Positions 9,045 to 17,703 of a stretch of DNA of 46,532 nt are shown piece after piece. The notes below the pieces were generated by a model, which did not search any database, was not told the DNA's origin, and saw only the letters and a list, made by a program, of their open reading frames with translations. The translations under genes and the position numbers were made by a program. The first letter of the stretch is position 1; each line of letters starts with the position of its first letter. The stretch is from an uncultured bacterium (GTDB lineage: Bacteria > Latescibacterota > UBA2968): NCBI GenBank assembly GCA_964471275.1, contig CAYYGZ010000005.1:1-46532 (forward strand), read 5' to 3'.

Positions 9045-10113
9045 CAGCCCCACGGACCCGTCTGCGGTCGTCGATCACGCTCGTGTGCCGGTATTCATCG
9101 GCCTTGGAATCGGACTCGTGGTCTTCTTCCTGTTCAGTCTTGCCCTGGGGTCTGTCCGCATTCCCCTGGGCAACGTCATGTCGATTCTTCTCGGTGACGA
9201 GACTGTTCGATCCTCCTGGCGCGAGATTGTGTTCAACATCAGACTACCGAAAGCGCTGACCGCGGCACTCGCCGGTGCGGCACTCGCCGTATCCGGTCTC
9301 CAGATGCAGACGCTCTTCCGCAACCCGCTCGCGGGTCCGTTTGTTCTCGGTATCAGTGCGGGAGCAGGTCTCGGTGTCGCGATCGTCGTCCTGACCGTCG
9401 GAGCCGGCGCCGCAGTCCTCGTTACGGGTCTCGGATTCTTCGGAAGCTTCGGACTCGCCGCCGCTGCGAGTGCCGGATCCGGTCTTGCGCTAGCCGTAAT
9501 CCTGATCGTGGCCAGATGGGTCGACAACAGCATGACATTGCTGATCATCGGTCTGATGTTCGGCTACGCCGCCGGTGCCCTCGTCAGCGTTCTTGTCTAC
9601 TTCAGCGCATCGGAAGCCGTCCAGTCCTACCTGATCTGGACATTCGGCAGCTTCGGCGGCGTGACCTGGACCCAGCTGCAGGTTTTGGCTGTCATCTCAT
9701 TCGCAGGTCTGAGCATCTCGATCCTCTACTCGAAACCCCTCAATGCCTTGCTCCTGGGCGAACACTATGCGGCAAGTATGGGGCTGTCCGTCCGCCGAGC
9801 CCGCTTTTGGATCCTGTCCAGTGCGTCGCTCCTCGCCGGTTCTACAACAGCCTTCTGCGGCCCAATTGCCTTCCTGGGTGTTGCCGTACCCCATCTAACA
9901 CGGTCGCTGCTGAACACGTCCGACCATCGCCTCCTTCTCCCGGCGGTCAGTCTCGCAGGCGCGATTCTGGCCCTTCTCTCAGACCTTTTTGCCCGCATCC
10001 CGGGAAGCAGTCTGACGCTACCCCTCAACGCCGTAACGGCCTTGATCGGGGCCCCCGCCGTGACCTGGATTATCCTCAGACGGCGCAACCTGCGCTCTTC
10101 GTTCGGATCGTAA
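9016..10113 (+). CDS. ABC transporter permease, FecCD/BtuC family
   Basis: 365-aa polytopic membrane protein with FecCD-type blocks (LFRNPLAGPFVLGISAGAGLG and FCGPIAFLGVAVPHLTRSL). The TTG 9016 start overlaps the binding-protein gene. GTG 9085 is an alternative start. Confidence 0.85.
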   Translation: MSTTPNSVTDSPTDPSAVVDHARVPVFIGLGIGLVVFFLFSLALGSVRIPLGNVMSILLGDETVRSSWREIVFNIRLPKALTAALAGAALAVSGLQMQTLFRNPLAGPFVLGISAGAGLGVAIVVLTVGAGAAVLVTGLGFFGSFGLAAAASAGSGLALAVILIVARWVDNSMTLLIIGLMFGYAAGALVSVLVYFSASEAVQSYLIWTFGSFGGVTWTQLQVLAVISFAGLSISILYSKPLNALLLGEHYAASMGLSVRRARFWILSSASLLAGSTTAFCGPIAFLGVAVPHLTRSLLNTSDHRLLLPAVSLAGAILALLSDLFARIPGSSLTLPLNAVTALIGAPAVTWIILRRRNLRSSFGS

Positions 10114-11123
10114 TGCCACACCTCTCTGCAACAAACCTGACAATCGGCTATCTCCCGCCCAGACGAGACCGGATCGTCGTAGCCGCCGAACTGAACGTCG
10201 ACCTGAAATCCGGTGAGCTGGTATGTCTGCTCGGCCCCAATGGCGTCGGAAAATCGACTCTGATGCGAACCCTCGCCGGAATGCAGAAGCCTCTCAATGG
10301 TGCCATCACGATCGACGACCTGGACGTGCACGGGATGACACCTGAAGACCGGGCGCGCCGAATCGGTATCGTCCTGACAGACCGGATCGACGTCGGGCAT
10401 CTCACTGTCCGGACCCTCGTCGCGCTTGGACGCTACCCGCACACCAACTGGATGGGCAACCTCACGCAGGAAGACGAACAAGCCGTCGACATCGCGCTCC
10501 GGGCCGTCGACGCTATGGTGCTTGCGGATCGGTCCGCGACCGAACTCAGCGACGGTGAACGGCAGAAGGTGATGATCGCACGAGCGCTCGCGCAGGATAC
10601 GGACGCGATCCTTCTCGATGAGCCGACAGCGTTCCTCGATTTGCCCCGTCGTGTCGAAACGATGGACCTGCTCCGTGGTCTCGCAGCAGAGACGGGTAAG
10701 GCCATTCTCCTCTCCACACACGACCTCGATCTGGCGATCCGGAACGCCGATCGACTCTGGCTAATGGCCGAAGGCGAGATCCACACGGGGATACCGGAAG
10801 TGCTCATCCTCGACGGCCGGTTTGCGGTGACTTTCGGTCGCGGGGGCATCCGGTTCGATCTCGAAACGGGGGGCTTCCGTGTCGGAACCGGAAACGGAGA
10901 ACGGATCGCCGTACTCGGGAACGGGGCTGCCGCCGTATGGACCGCTCGGGCACTCGAGCGCATCGGCTATAGCGTCGTGACACAGGACGCCGAGCGCAGC
11001 GTAGTCGTCGGCGATGAGATACCCGTTCGCTGGGATCTTCGACATCACCAAGACAGTCGCGGCTTTGACGACCTCGAAAGCCTGATTGATGCGCTCCGAC
11101 TCCGACAGGACCCGTTGTCATGA
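10113..11123 (+). CDS. ABC transporter ATP-binding protein (BtuD/FepC type) with a ~85-aa C-terminal extension
   Basis: ATG 10113 overlaps the permease stop (TAATG). The longer track ORF 9516-11123 is the same frame read through the permease gene. Motifs present are Walker [10 protein letters not shown], signature LSDGERQ, Walker [12 protein letters not shown] and H-loop STHDL. It is about 337 aa, against roughly 250-270 aa for typical family members. Confidence 0.85.
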   Translation: MPHLSATNLTIGYLPPRRDRIVVAAELNVDLKSGELVCLLGPNGVGKSTLMRTLAGMQKPLNGAITIDDLDVHGMTPEDRARRIGIVLTDRIDVGHLTVRTLVALGRYPHTNWMGNLTQEDEQAVDIALRAVDAMVLADRSATELSDGERQKVMIARALAQDTDAILLDEPTAFLDLPRRVETMDLLRGLAAETGKAILLSTHDLDLAIRNADRLWLMAEGEIHTGIPEVLILDGRFAVTFGRGGIRFDLETGGFRVGTGNGERIAVLGNGAAAVWTARALERIGYSVVTQDAERSVVVGDEIPVRWDLRHHQDSRGFDDLESLIDALRLRQDPLS

Positions 11124-11632
11124 CCGGATCGCCGATGCTGCTGGGTACGCACTCGAACGCGGGGAAGAGTATGCTGACTTCGGCCTTCTGCCGCATCCTT
11201 GCGCGAGAGGGGTTCTCCGTGGCCCCGTTCAAAGCGCAGAACATGAGCAACAATGCCGGCGTCACGCCCGATGGACTCGAAATGGGGAGCGCGCAGGTTA
11301 CGCAGGCTGAGGCCGCCCGAATCGCTCCGCACACCGACATGAACCCGGTGCTCTTGGAGCCGGAGGGAAACTGTCGGAGCCAGGTCGTCCTGAACGGTCG
11401 ATCCATCGGCCACCTCGACGCGGCAAACTGGCGGGACATCAAGAAGACGCTCTGGGATGAGGTGCGGGCAACATACGACAGGTTGGCTGACTGCTACGAC
11501 GTCATCATACTAGAGGGTGCGGGTAGTCCTGCCGAGATCAACCTCAAGGAAACGGACATCGTGAACCTGGCGATGGCCCGCCACGCGGAGGCACCGTGTC
11601 TCCTGATCAGCGACATCGATCGGGGCGGGGTG
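11120..11632 (+). pseudogene. cobQ: Cobyric acid synthase (CobQ/CbiP), N-terminal ~170-codon fragment only
   Basis: The start overlaps the ATPase stop (ATGA). [61 protein letters not shown]...[26 protein letters not shown]...[11 protein letters not shown] is collinear with the CobQ N-terminal domain. After DIDRGGV (nt ~11632) the frame continues as unrelated Arg/Gly-rich sequence to a stop at 11758. The glutamine-amidotransferase half is absent. Confidence 0.7.
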
Positions 11633-11966
11633 GCTTCTGGCCGGCGGCGTGGGTGTGGTGGTCCTGGTTGGCGTATGCGTCACCGCGCAGCTCTTCGTAC
11701 GAAAGTGCCGACGAGTCCTGGGGGGAGCCACAGGAGATACGCTTGGTGCCTGCTGTGAGATCTCTGAGTCGGTCTCTCTTCTCCTGTTTCTGGCTGTGCC
11801 CGGTGTACTGCCGAGAGCAATACAACTCCTTAACATGTTGTAATTTCAGGCATTGAGGGCACGCTCTCCGTGCGCGCCTCAGGAATATCTTGTCTGCCCG
11901 GGTGAGCTTGTGTATCTTTCTACCCTTGTATTTGAACCATTTATGACCAGAAAAACAGGATAAGAC

Positions 11967-12209
11967 ATGGCTAGACGCTGCAGTCTGACGGGAAAAACGC
12001 CGCTCGTCGGCAACCACGTTTCCCACTCAAACCGGAAAGTCAAGCGGGTTCAGAAGCCGAACCTAAAGAACAAGCGAATCTACGTTCCCGAATTGGGGCG
12101 GTTCGTTCGCGTAAAGCTGACCACACGAGCACTCCGGACGGTCAACAAGAAGGGCTTCATGACCTTCCTGAGGGACGAAGGTCTCTCGCTAAAGCAGGTT
12201 ACCGCTTAG
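11967..12209 (+). CDS. rpmB: 50S ribosomal protein L28
   Basis: 80 aa. MARRCSLTGKTPLVGNHVSHSNRKVKRVQKPNLKNKRIYVPELGRFVRVKLTTRALRT is the canonical L28 sequence pattern. Confidence 0.95.
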   Translation: MARRCSLTGKTPLVGNHVSHSNRKVKRVQKPNLKNKRIYVPELGRFVRVKLTTRALRTVNKKGFMTFLRDEGLSLKQVTA

Positions 12210-12242
12210 ACGAAGACAAGAAGCCGGGAAAGATCAATTGTG

Positions 12243-12280
12243 GGGGGGGGTAAGAGCTCAGACTCTTGCCCCCCTTCCTT
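12243..12280 (+). terminator. Intrinsic terminator after rpmB
   Basis: GGGGGGGTAAGAG, loop CTCAGA, CTCTTGCCCCCC (12-bp stem with one G-U pair), followed by TTCCTT. Confidence 0.6.
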
Positions 12281-12324
12281 CATATGGGATGTTCTCCGGC
12301 ACGAACGCTACCAAGAGCGGGTGA

Positions 12325-13449
12325 ATGAAACGTAGTCGGAACAGACGGAAACATCCTTCTCGAAAGCCGCGATCCGCCAGATCCCCCGCAGAGAAGCAGA
12401 CGGCTCAAGACGCCGCCGGATATACCTGGACGGTATCCGCGCTGGACGGCCTACAGGACATCGTCCGGGAGGAACTGACCCGCCGGGTCGGTCGCGACTG
12501 TAAGTTCCTCAAACACCCACGAGCCGACGAAATACACTTCGAGTATTCCGGCTCATACAAGCGGCTCCTCACCTTGAGGACGGCACAGACGCTACTGCTC
12601 AGGCGGGACTTCCACGTGAGCCGACCCCGGACACTCCTGAGCCCGGAGCACCTCACTGCGCTGACCGAGCTGATCCGGACCGCCGAGTCGGTCGGCGGCC
12701 CCCCCCCGCCCATCGCCTTCCGTTTTGACGCGGCGGGATCGGACTCTCCCACGATGCTCCGGATCGCCGAACAGCTCGAAACCAGACTCGGTATACCTCG
12801 GAGCCAGGAAAAAGGAGACTGCCTAGTCGTCCTCAGACCCGGCAAACCCGGATGGGAAGTACTGTGCCGTGTCGGGTGCCGACCGCTGGCCACGCGGCAC
12901 TGGCGGAAGGTGAATTACCAGGGCGGCCTAAACGCTGCGATCGCCGCGTGCATGATCGAATTGACCCGCCCAAAACCGGGTGACCGCTATCTCAACCTGA
13001 TGTGCGGAAGCGGCACCCTCCTGATCGAACGACTCTTGCGTCAACGCGTCGGTGCTGCGGTTGGGATCGACATATCCGGAAAAGCGATCAAAGCTTGCCG
13101 GGAGAACACGGAAGCTGCCGGATTATCGGACCACATTCAGTACATCAGAGGCGACGCCACAAGCATCAGGCTGCCAGATACGTCCTTCGATGTCGTCACG
13201 GCCGATCTGCCGTATGGAGAGGAACACGGATCCCCCGAGTCGAACACTTCGCTCTACCGGGATGTGCTGATGGAGGCGTCGCGTCTCTGCCGAAGCGGCG
13301 GAAGAATGACGCTGCTGACGCAGGACCTGTTGGCATTCACGTCGGTCCTGCCGGATGTGGAAGCGGATTGGGCGATCGTGAATGAGCGGAGAATAACGCA
13401 GCGGGAGTATCGACCGCTGTGCGTTACTTTGAGGAAGAAGCGCAGATAA
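12325..13449 (+). CDS. THUMP/UPF0020-type SAM-dependent RNA methyltransferase (RlmL/Trm14-like)
   Basis: The N-terminus is Lys/Arg-rich. The centre has RPLATRHWRK..GGLNAAIAACMIEL. SAM motif I is LNLMCGSGTLLIE and motif IV is ADLPYG. Confidence 0.75.
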   Translation: MKRSRNRRKHPSRKPRSARSPAEKQTAQDAAGYTWTVSALDGLQDIVREELTRRVGRDCKFLKHPRADEIHFEYSGSYKRLLTLRTAQTLLLRRDFHVSRPRTLLSPEHLTALTELIRTAESVGGPPPPIAFRFDAAGSDSPTMLRIAEQLETRLGIPRSQEKGDCLVVLRPGKPGWEVLCRVGCRPLATRHWRKVNYQGGLNAAIAACMIELTRPKPGDRYLNLMCGSGTLLIERLLRQRVGAAVGIDISGKAIKACRENTEAAGLSDHIQYIRGDATSIRLPDTSFDVVTADLPYGEEHGSPESNTSLYRDVLMEASRLCRSGGRMTLLTQDLLAFTSVLPDVEADWAIVNERRITQREYRPLCVTLRKKRR

Positions 13450-13509
13450 GATCCCTGCAGTCAGATACGCGATGAGCACCCGGCACGGCATCCTGCCCGT
13501 GCCCGGCGC

Positions 13510-13989
13510 TCAGACCTTCCGTGTGTACTCGTGCTGCTCAAAAACCAGTCCGGACTCTCTGACTAGTTCGTGGTAAACATCTTCGAGCTCCGTCTCGTAG
13601 TCATAGGGCTCGACATAGATGATACGTGTGATACCCGCCTGAATCGACTCCTTCAGACAGCCGAAACACGGTCGCGTCGTGGAGTAGAGAATGCCGCCCT
13701 CGGTTCGCGCACCGTGACGGGCGGCAAAACAGATCGCGTTCTCCTCGGCGTGTACGCAAAGACACGTATCGAGGCTTGTCCCGGACGCTGCCGTTCCTGC
13801 ACAGCGGGGACAGCCACCCTCAAAACAGTTTCGCACCCCGGCCGGAGTACCGTTGTAGCCAGTACTGATGATGTTGCGGTCTCTGACGATCAGGGCGCCA
13901 ATCTGACGCCGAACACAGTTCGATCGCTCGGACACGTTGTACGCGATCGAGATGAAGTACTCGTCCCAGGACGGTCGGTTCATCGACAT
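13510..13989 (-). CDS. Deoxycytidylate (dCMP) deaminase, ComEB-like
   Basis: PSWDEYF, the zinc motif CVHAEENAI and RPCFGCLK are the typical dCMP/CMP deaminase signatures. Confidence 0.9.
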   Translation of the reverse strand: MSMNRPSWDEYFISIAYNVSERSNCVRRQIGALIVRDRNIISTGYNGTPAGVRNCFEGGCPRCAGTAASGTSLDTCLCVHAEENAICFAARHGARTEGGILYSTTRPCFGCLKESIQAGITRIIYVEPYDYETELEDVYHELVRESGLVFEQHEYTRKV

Positions 13990-14156
13990 CTCCTCTGTTG
14001 GTTTGATAGCTCAGCAGAATGTAGGGTCGCGTGAGTGGAGTGCCAAGCATCATCGCGGGACCGGATGCGTTGCCAGGGCTAGGCAGCATCTCTCTTTATG
14101 GTATATTTCCAGCTGCGTGATCATTTCTTCGGAACTACTCAGATTGAGGATAACCT

Positions 14157-16001
14157 ATGATGCAGCCCGGCACATCCGCCTTCGGCATATGGGGCGGCGG
14201 CCATTTTATGCACTTCGGCACCGATATCGGTCCTGACCGTCTCGGGACACTGGCCCAGCACGCCTACGAGAATGGCGTGAGAACCTTTATGACCGCGGAC
14301 GTCTACGGACAGGGCGCGGCTGATGAACTTCTGGGCAAGGCCCTCTCCGGCTACGACCGCGACTCCTATTGCCTCATCGGCGCGGTCGGACACGACTACT
14401 ACACCGGTGTGCGTGCGGCAGAAAAGGGATACCCGCGCTTTACTGATCCTGCCCTCCGGGGTGAAAACGAGTTCGCTGCTTACCTGGAGATGGCAACCGA
14501 CAAGAGTCTGGAGCGCCTCGGGGTTGACCGACTCGACCTTTTACTCTTGCACAATCCGGATACCACGGGATACCAGAGCGACACCGTCTGGTCGACGATG
14601 GACAGCTTGAAGTCCGCAGGCAAGACCAATATGCTCGGAGTGGCACCCGGTCCGGCGAACGGATTCACCGTCGACATCATCGACTGTTTCGAACGACACG
14701 GTTCCCTGATCGACTGGGCGATGATCATCATCAACCCGCTGGAACCGTGGCCGGGCGGACTGGTTCTGAACGCCGCCGTCGAACACGAGGTAAAGGTGAT
14801 CGCTCGCGTCGTCGACTACGGTGGCATCTTCCACGGTGACCTGAAACCAGGCGCACGACTCTCCCGGACAGATCACCGGGCCTTCCGTCCTTCAGGATGG
14901 ATCGAAGCCGCAAATGCGAAACTCCCTCGTCTCGAGGAAATCGCGAATGGACACGACCAGACGCTCCTGCAGTTTGCCTGCAAGTGGGACCTCGCGCAAC
15001 CGGCAGTCGAGTCAGTCGTACCCACGCTGCTCCAGGAAGCTAGTCCAGATGCACGACCGATCGAGGAGCAGGTGATCGAGCTGTCGCAGGTCGCGGAGAA
15101 GGAAGATCTGACCGAAGCGGAGTCGGCCGAAGTGCGCGACATCGGTGACAACAAGAACTGTATGCCGCTGAAGGGCGCATCGACACAGTATCAGGGCATC
15201 ACTTCCGGCGATCAGTGGCCGATGACACCGGAACTGCTGGAAGTCAGCCGCAGGTGGAATATCGAGCCGGACCGTGACCTGGCCTATCCGGGAGATCTTC
15301 GGGACATCCGCGAAAAGGGCGCGGTTCGCCACGGAATCCCTCAGACTCTCACGCGACGGCTCTACCTCCAGCTCCAGGCCTTCGGCGGTTGCAAGGATAC
15401 GGCCGGAATCATCGCGGCAACGCGGGACAGCGGTCTGGAATCGGTCGTCTACGTGGACGTCAATGATCCGTTAGGTGTGGCGCTTCTGACGATCGCCGAA
15501 GACCCTGAAATCTTCGTGACCGATGCCCGAGACTTCATCGTCAACAGTCCGTTCTGTGAGCTCGATCAGAAGCCGGGCCTCACGATGATGGGTCGGAGCT
15601 ATTCATCCGGGCGCGAAGCGGACCTCGAAGACTGGCTTGTCAGAAAGCCACGACGCAATGCGCTCAACCCGGAATGGCCGTGGGCGGTGTGGTATCCGCT
15701 TCGACGAAAGTCCGAGTTCAACGTGATGTCCCCCGCCGATCAGGGCAAGATCCTGATGGAGCACGCGATGATCGGACGATCTTACGGTTCGTCGGGCTAC
15801 GCACAGGACATCCGGCTGGCCTGCTATGGTCTCGACCGTGACGACAACGAGTTCGTGATCGGTCTCTTGAGCACCGAGCTCTACCCGCTTTCCAGGATCG
15901 TGCAGGAAATGCGGAAGACACAGCAGACCGCAAAACATATGGATTCGCTCGGCCCCTTCTTCGTGGGCCGTACGATCTGGCAAAGCCAGCTCAAGAAGTA
16001 G
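14157..16001 (+). CDS. Fusion protein: aldo/keto reductase (N-terminal) plus chlorite-dismutase-family (Cld/HemQ-like) domain (C-terminal)
   Basis: ATG 14157 follows GAGGA. The N-terminal ~330 aa have AKR features (GVRTFMTADVYGQGAADELLGKAL, LDLLLLHNPD). The C-terminal ~220 aa have Cld-family features (WAVWYPLRRKSEFN, QGKILMEHAMIGRSYG with the candidate proximal His, FVIGLLSTELYPLSRIVQEMRKTQQT, GPFFVGR). It is a single uninterrupted 614-codon frame. Confidence 0.8.
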   Translation: MMQPGTSAFGIWGGGHFMHFGTDIGPDRLGTLAQHAYENGVRTFMTADVYGQGAADELLGKALSGYDRDSYCLIGAVGHDYYTGVRAAEKGYPRFTDPALRGENEFAAYLEMATDKSLERLGVDRLDLLLLHNPDTTGYQSDTVWSTMDSLKSAGKTNMLGVAPGPANGFTVDIIDCFERHGSLIDWAMIIINPLEPWPGGLVLNAAVEHEVKVIARVVDYGGIFHGDLKPGARLSRTDHRAFRPSGWIEAANAKLPRLEEIANGHDQTLLQFACKWDLAQPAVESVVPTLLQEASPDARPIEEQVIELSQVAEKEDLTEAESAEVRDIGDNKNCMPLKGASTQYQGITSGDQWPMTPELLEVSRRWNIEPDRDLAYPGDLRDIREKGAVRHGIPQTLTRRLYLQLQAFGGCKDTAGIIAATRDSGLESVVYVDVNDPLGVALLTIAEDPEIFVTDARDFIVNSPFCELDQKPGLTMMGRSYSSGREADLEDWLVRKPRRNALNPEWPWAVWYPLRRKSEFNVMSPADQGKILMEHAMIGRSYGSSGYAQDIRLACYGLDRDDNEFVIGLLSTELYPLSRIVQEMRKTQQTAKHMDSLGPFFVGRTIWQSQLKK

Positions 16002-16020
16002 GGCACATACCAATGTGACT

Positions 16021-16062
16021 GAGGGGTCAGCGCCGCCACGGCACTGACCCCTTCTGTTTCTG
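16021..16062 (+). terminator. Intrinsic terminator after the AKR-Cld gene
   Basis: GAGGGGTCAG (16021-16030) pairs with CTGACCCCTT (16044-16053), followed by CTGTTTCTG. It begins 20 nt after the stop. Confidence 0.7.
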
Positions 16063-16131
16063 ATGGACCAGATCCAGCGCGAACGGAATGACGGTATGTC
16101 GTGACAAGTCGGTGGAACGTGCTCCCGAACG

Positions 16132-16332
16132 TCACGCAGGGGGTAGCTGTTGTGGAGCCCCGACGAGGCATTCGCCGATCGCTGTGCAGAAACACGGGGA
16201 GCGTCGCAGGGACACATCCAGCTCGCCCATTGGTCTCCGTCCGACCAGCACAAGACGGCGCCCTTCGCATGCGTAGCGCTTCGCCAGCATGTGACCGATT
16301 CCGTCGGTTGCGCCTGTGATTATCATTGTCAT
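16132..16332 (-). pseudogene. Short-chain dehydrogenase/reductase, N-terminal remnant (~65 codons)
   Basis: MTMIITGATDGIGHMLAKRYACEGRRLVLVGRR is the SDR Rossmann start with the TGxxxGIG motif. The frame stops at 16132, and only ~300 nt remain before the terminator and the neighbouring gene. A ~250-aa SDR cannot fit in any frame. Confidence 0.55.
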
Positions 16333-16492
16333 AACGCGATCAGAGCTCTGACCTGGCTCTGGATTGACACGTCTATCCCACCCCTCTATATTCACACTAT
16401 ACGAGAAAACACACCACACTTCGACACGCCTGGAACGATCTCCCCCACCTGGATCGGCCGGGCGATTTTTTGTTCCCCTCTGGAGAACCAAG

Positions 16493-17665
16493 ATGAATCA
16501 ACTCGAGCTCAGATACGGATGCAATCCGCACCAGAAGCCTGCACGCATATACCGAAAGGACGGGGGGGCCCTGCCGTTCAAGGTGCTTCGAGGTGCTCCT
16601 GGCTACATCAACCTCCTCGATGCGCTCAATGCCTGGCAGCTCGTCCACGAGCTCAAGCAGGTCTTCGACATTCCGAGTGCAGCCTCCTTCAAGCACGTCA
16701 GTCCCGCTGGTGCCGCCGTCGGTCTGCCGCTCAGTGAATCGCTCAGGCAAGCCTACTTCATCCCGGAGAACGACGAGCTGTCGCCTGTTGCGGCCGCCTA
16801 CGCTCGTGCAAGAGGAGCGGACCGCCTGTCCTCATACGGCGACTTCGCCGCCGTCAGCGACGTCGTCGACGAGTCGCTCGCAAGGCTCCTGCGACGCGAA
16901 GTCTCTGATGCCATCATCGCGCCAGGATATGAGCCCGAAGCACTCAAGATACTCAGCATGAAGAAAGAGGGCTTCCTGATCATCGAGATTGACCCCGACT
17001 ACGAACCCGAGAAACTCGAATCGCGCGAAGTCTTCGGCCTGACTTTCGAACAGAAACGGAATGACTTGGTCACGGGTCTCGACCTGGTAGACAACATCGT
17101 TTCAGAGAACAAGACGCTTTCCGATGGCGCTAGACGAGATCTGGTTATCGCCTCCATCGCCCTCAAATACACGCAGTCAAACTCAGTCTGCTTCGCCAAG
17201 GACGGTCAGGTGATCGGAGCCGGCGCCGGTCAGCAGAATCGCCTGGCCTGCGTCGACCTGGCAGGCAAGAAAGCGGAAGCCTGGCACCTCCGTCAACATC
17301 CGCGTGTGCTTTCGATGGACTTTGCGCCAAAACTGAAGCGACCTCAGAAGATCAACGCGATCGAGCAGTTTCTCGCTGGTGGAATTTCGGAAGAAGCGCG
17401 CAAAGCCTGGGAGCCGAACTTCTCCATCCTTCCCGATTCGCTCAGTGATACCGATCGATCGGATTGGATCGCAGAACTGACGGACGTGTCACTCAGTTCC
17501 GACGCCTTCTTCCCGTTCAGAGACAACATCGACCGGGCCGCCCAAACGGGCGTAACCCAGATCGTGCAGACCGGCGGATCCGTATACGACGACGATGTAA
17601 TCCAGGCCGCAAACGAATACGGTATGATCATGATCACCTCTGGCGTTCGCCTATTTCACCACTAA
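16493..17665 (+). CDS. purH: AICAR formyltransferase-domain protein (PurH-like, without the N-terminal MGS/IMP-cyclohydrolase domain)
   Basis: The track ORF runs 16364-17665. I trim to ATG 16493 (MNQLELRYGCNPHQ). Blocks LRYGCNPHQ, KHVSPAGAAVG, AIIAPGYEPEAL, KYTQSNSVCFAKDGQVIGAGAGQQNR, SDAFFPFRDNI and the terminal GVRLFHH match the AICARFT half of PurH. It is 390 aa. Confidence 0.85.
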   Translation: MNQLELRYGCNPHQKPARIYRKDGGALPFKVLRGAPGYINLLDALNAWQLVHELKQVFDIPSAASFKHVSPAGAAVGLPLSESLRQAYFIPENDELSPVAAAYARARGADRLSSYGDFAAVSDVVDESLARLLRREVSDAIIAPGYEPEALKILSMKKEGFLIIEIDPDYEPEKLESREVFGLTFEQKRNDLVTGLDLVDNIVSENKTLSDGARRDLVIASIALKYTQSNSVCFAKDGQVIGAGAGQQNRLACVDLAGKKAEAWHLRQHPRVLSMDFAPKLKRPQKINAIEQFLAGGISEEARKAWEPNFSILPDSLSDTDRSDWIAELTDVSLSSDAFFPFRDNIDRAAQTGVTQIVQTGGSVYDDDVIQAANEYGMIMITSGVRLFHH

Positions 17666-17703
17666 TTATTTATTTAACAATAATTTACATCCAACCCGTC
17701 ATA

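Noticed and set aside
9516-10112. N-terminal 199 codons of the 535-aa track ORF 9516-11123
   Set aside because: This is the same frame as the ATPase, but it reads through the FecCD permease gene in a non-coding frame and gives Arg/Pro-rich sequence. The ATPase starts at ATG 10113, overlapping the permease stop.
11607-12026. 139-aa minus-strand ORF with CPQC...C..CGS spacing, a possible zinc-ribbon protein
   Set aside because: Its only ATG lies inside rpmB on the opposite strand. No ATG or TTG start with plausible RBS spacing lies downstream of the rpmB start, and I see no in-frame GTG there either. Its 3' end overlaps the cobQ fragment. I treat it as part of the unassigned junction sequence.
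12699-12707. Homopolymer tracts (C9 at 12699-12707, G9 at 12242-12250, G8 near 455) as phase-variation switches
   Set aside because: The C9 run encodes an in-frame GGPPPP linker in an intact gene, and the G runs form terminator stems or lie in spacers. There is no evidence of frame disruption. I note them only as error-prone sites for sequencing.
16364-16492. Track-ORF 5' extensions of several genes: purH-like 16364, sigma 18310, acs 25222, anti-sigma to 24491, ECF sigma to 25120, ribD to 40259, nusB to 36651, binding protein 7704, propeller 4721
   Set aside because: In each case an internal start with a good Shine-Dalgarno sequence or a family-typical N-terminus exists. The extension overlaps the neighbouring gene or regulatory DNA.
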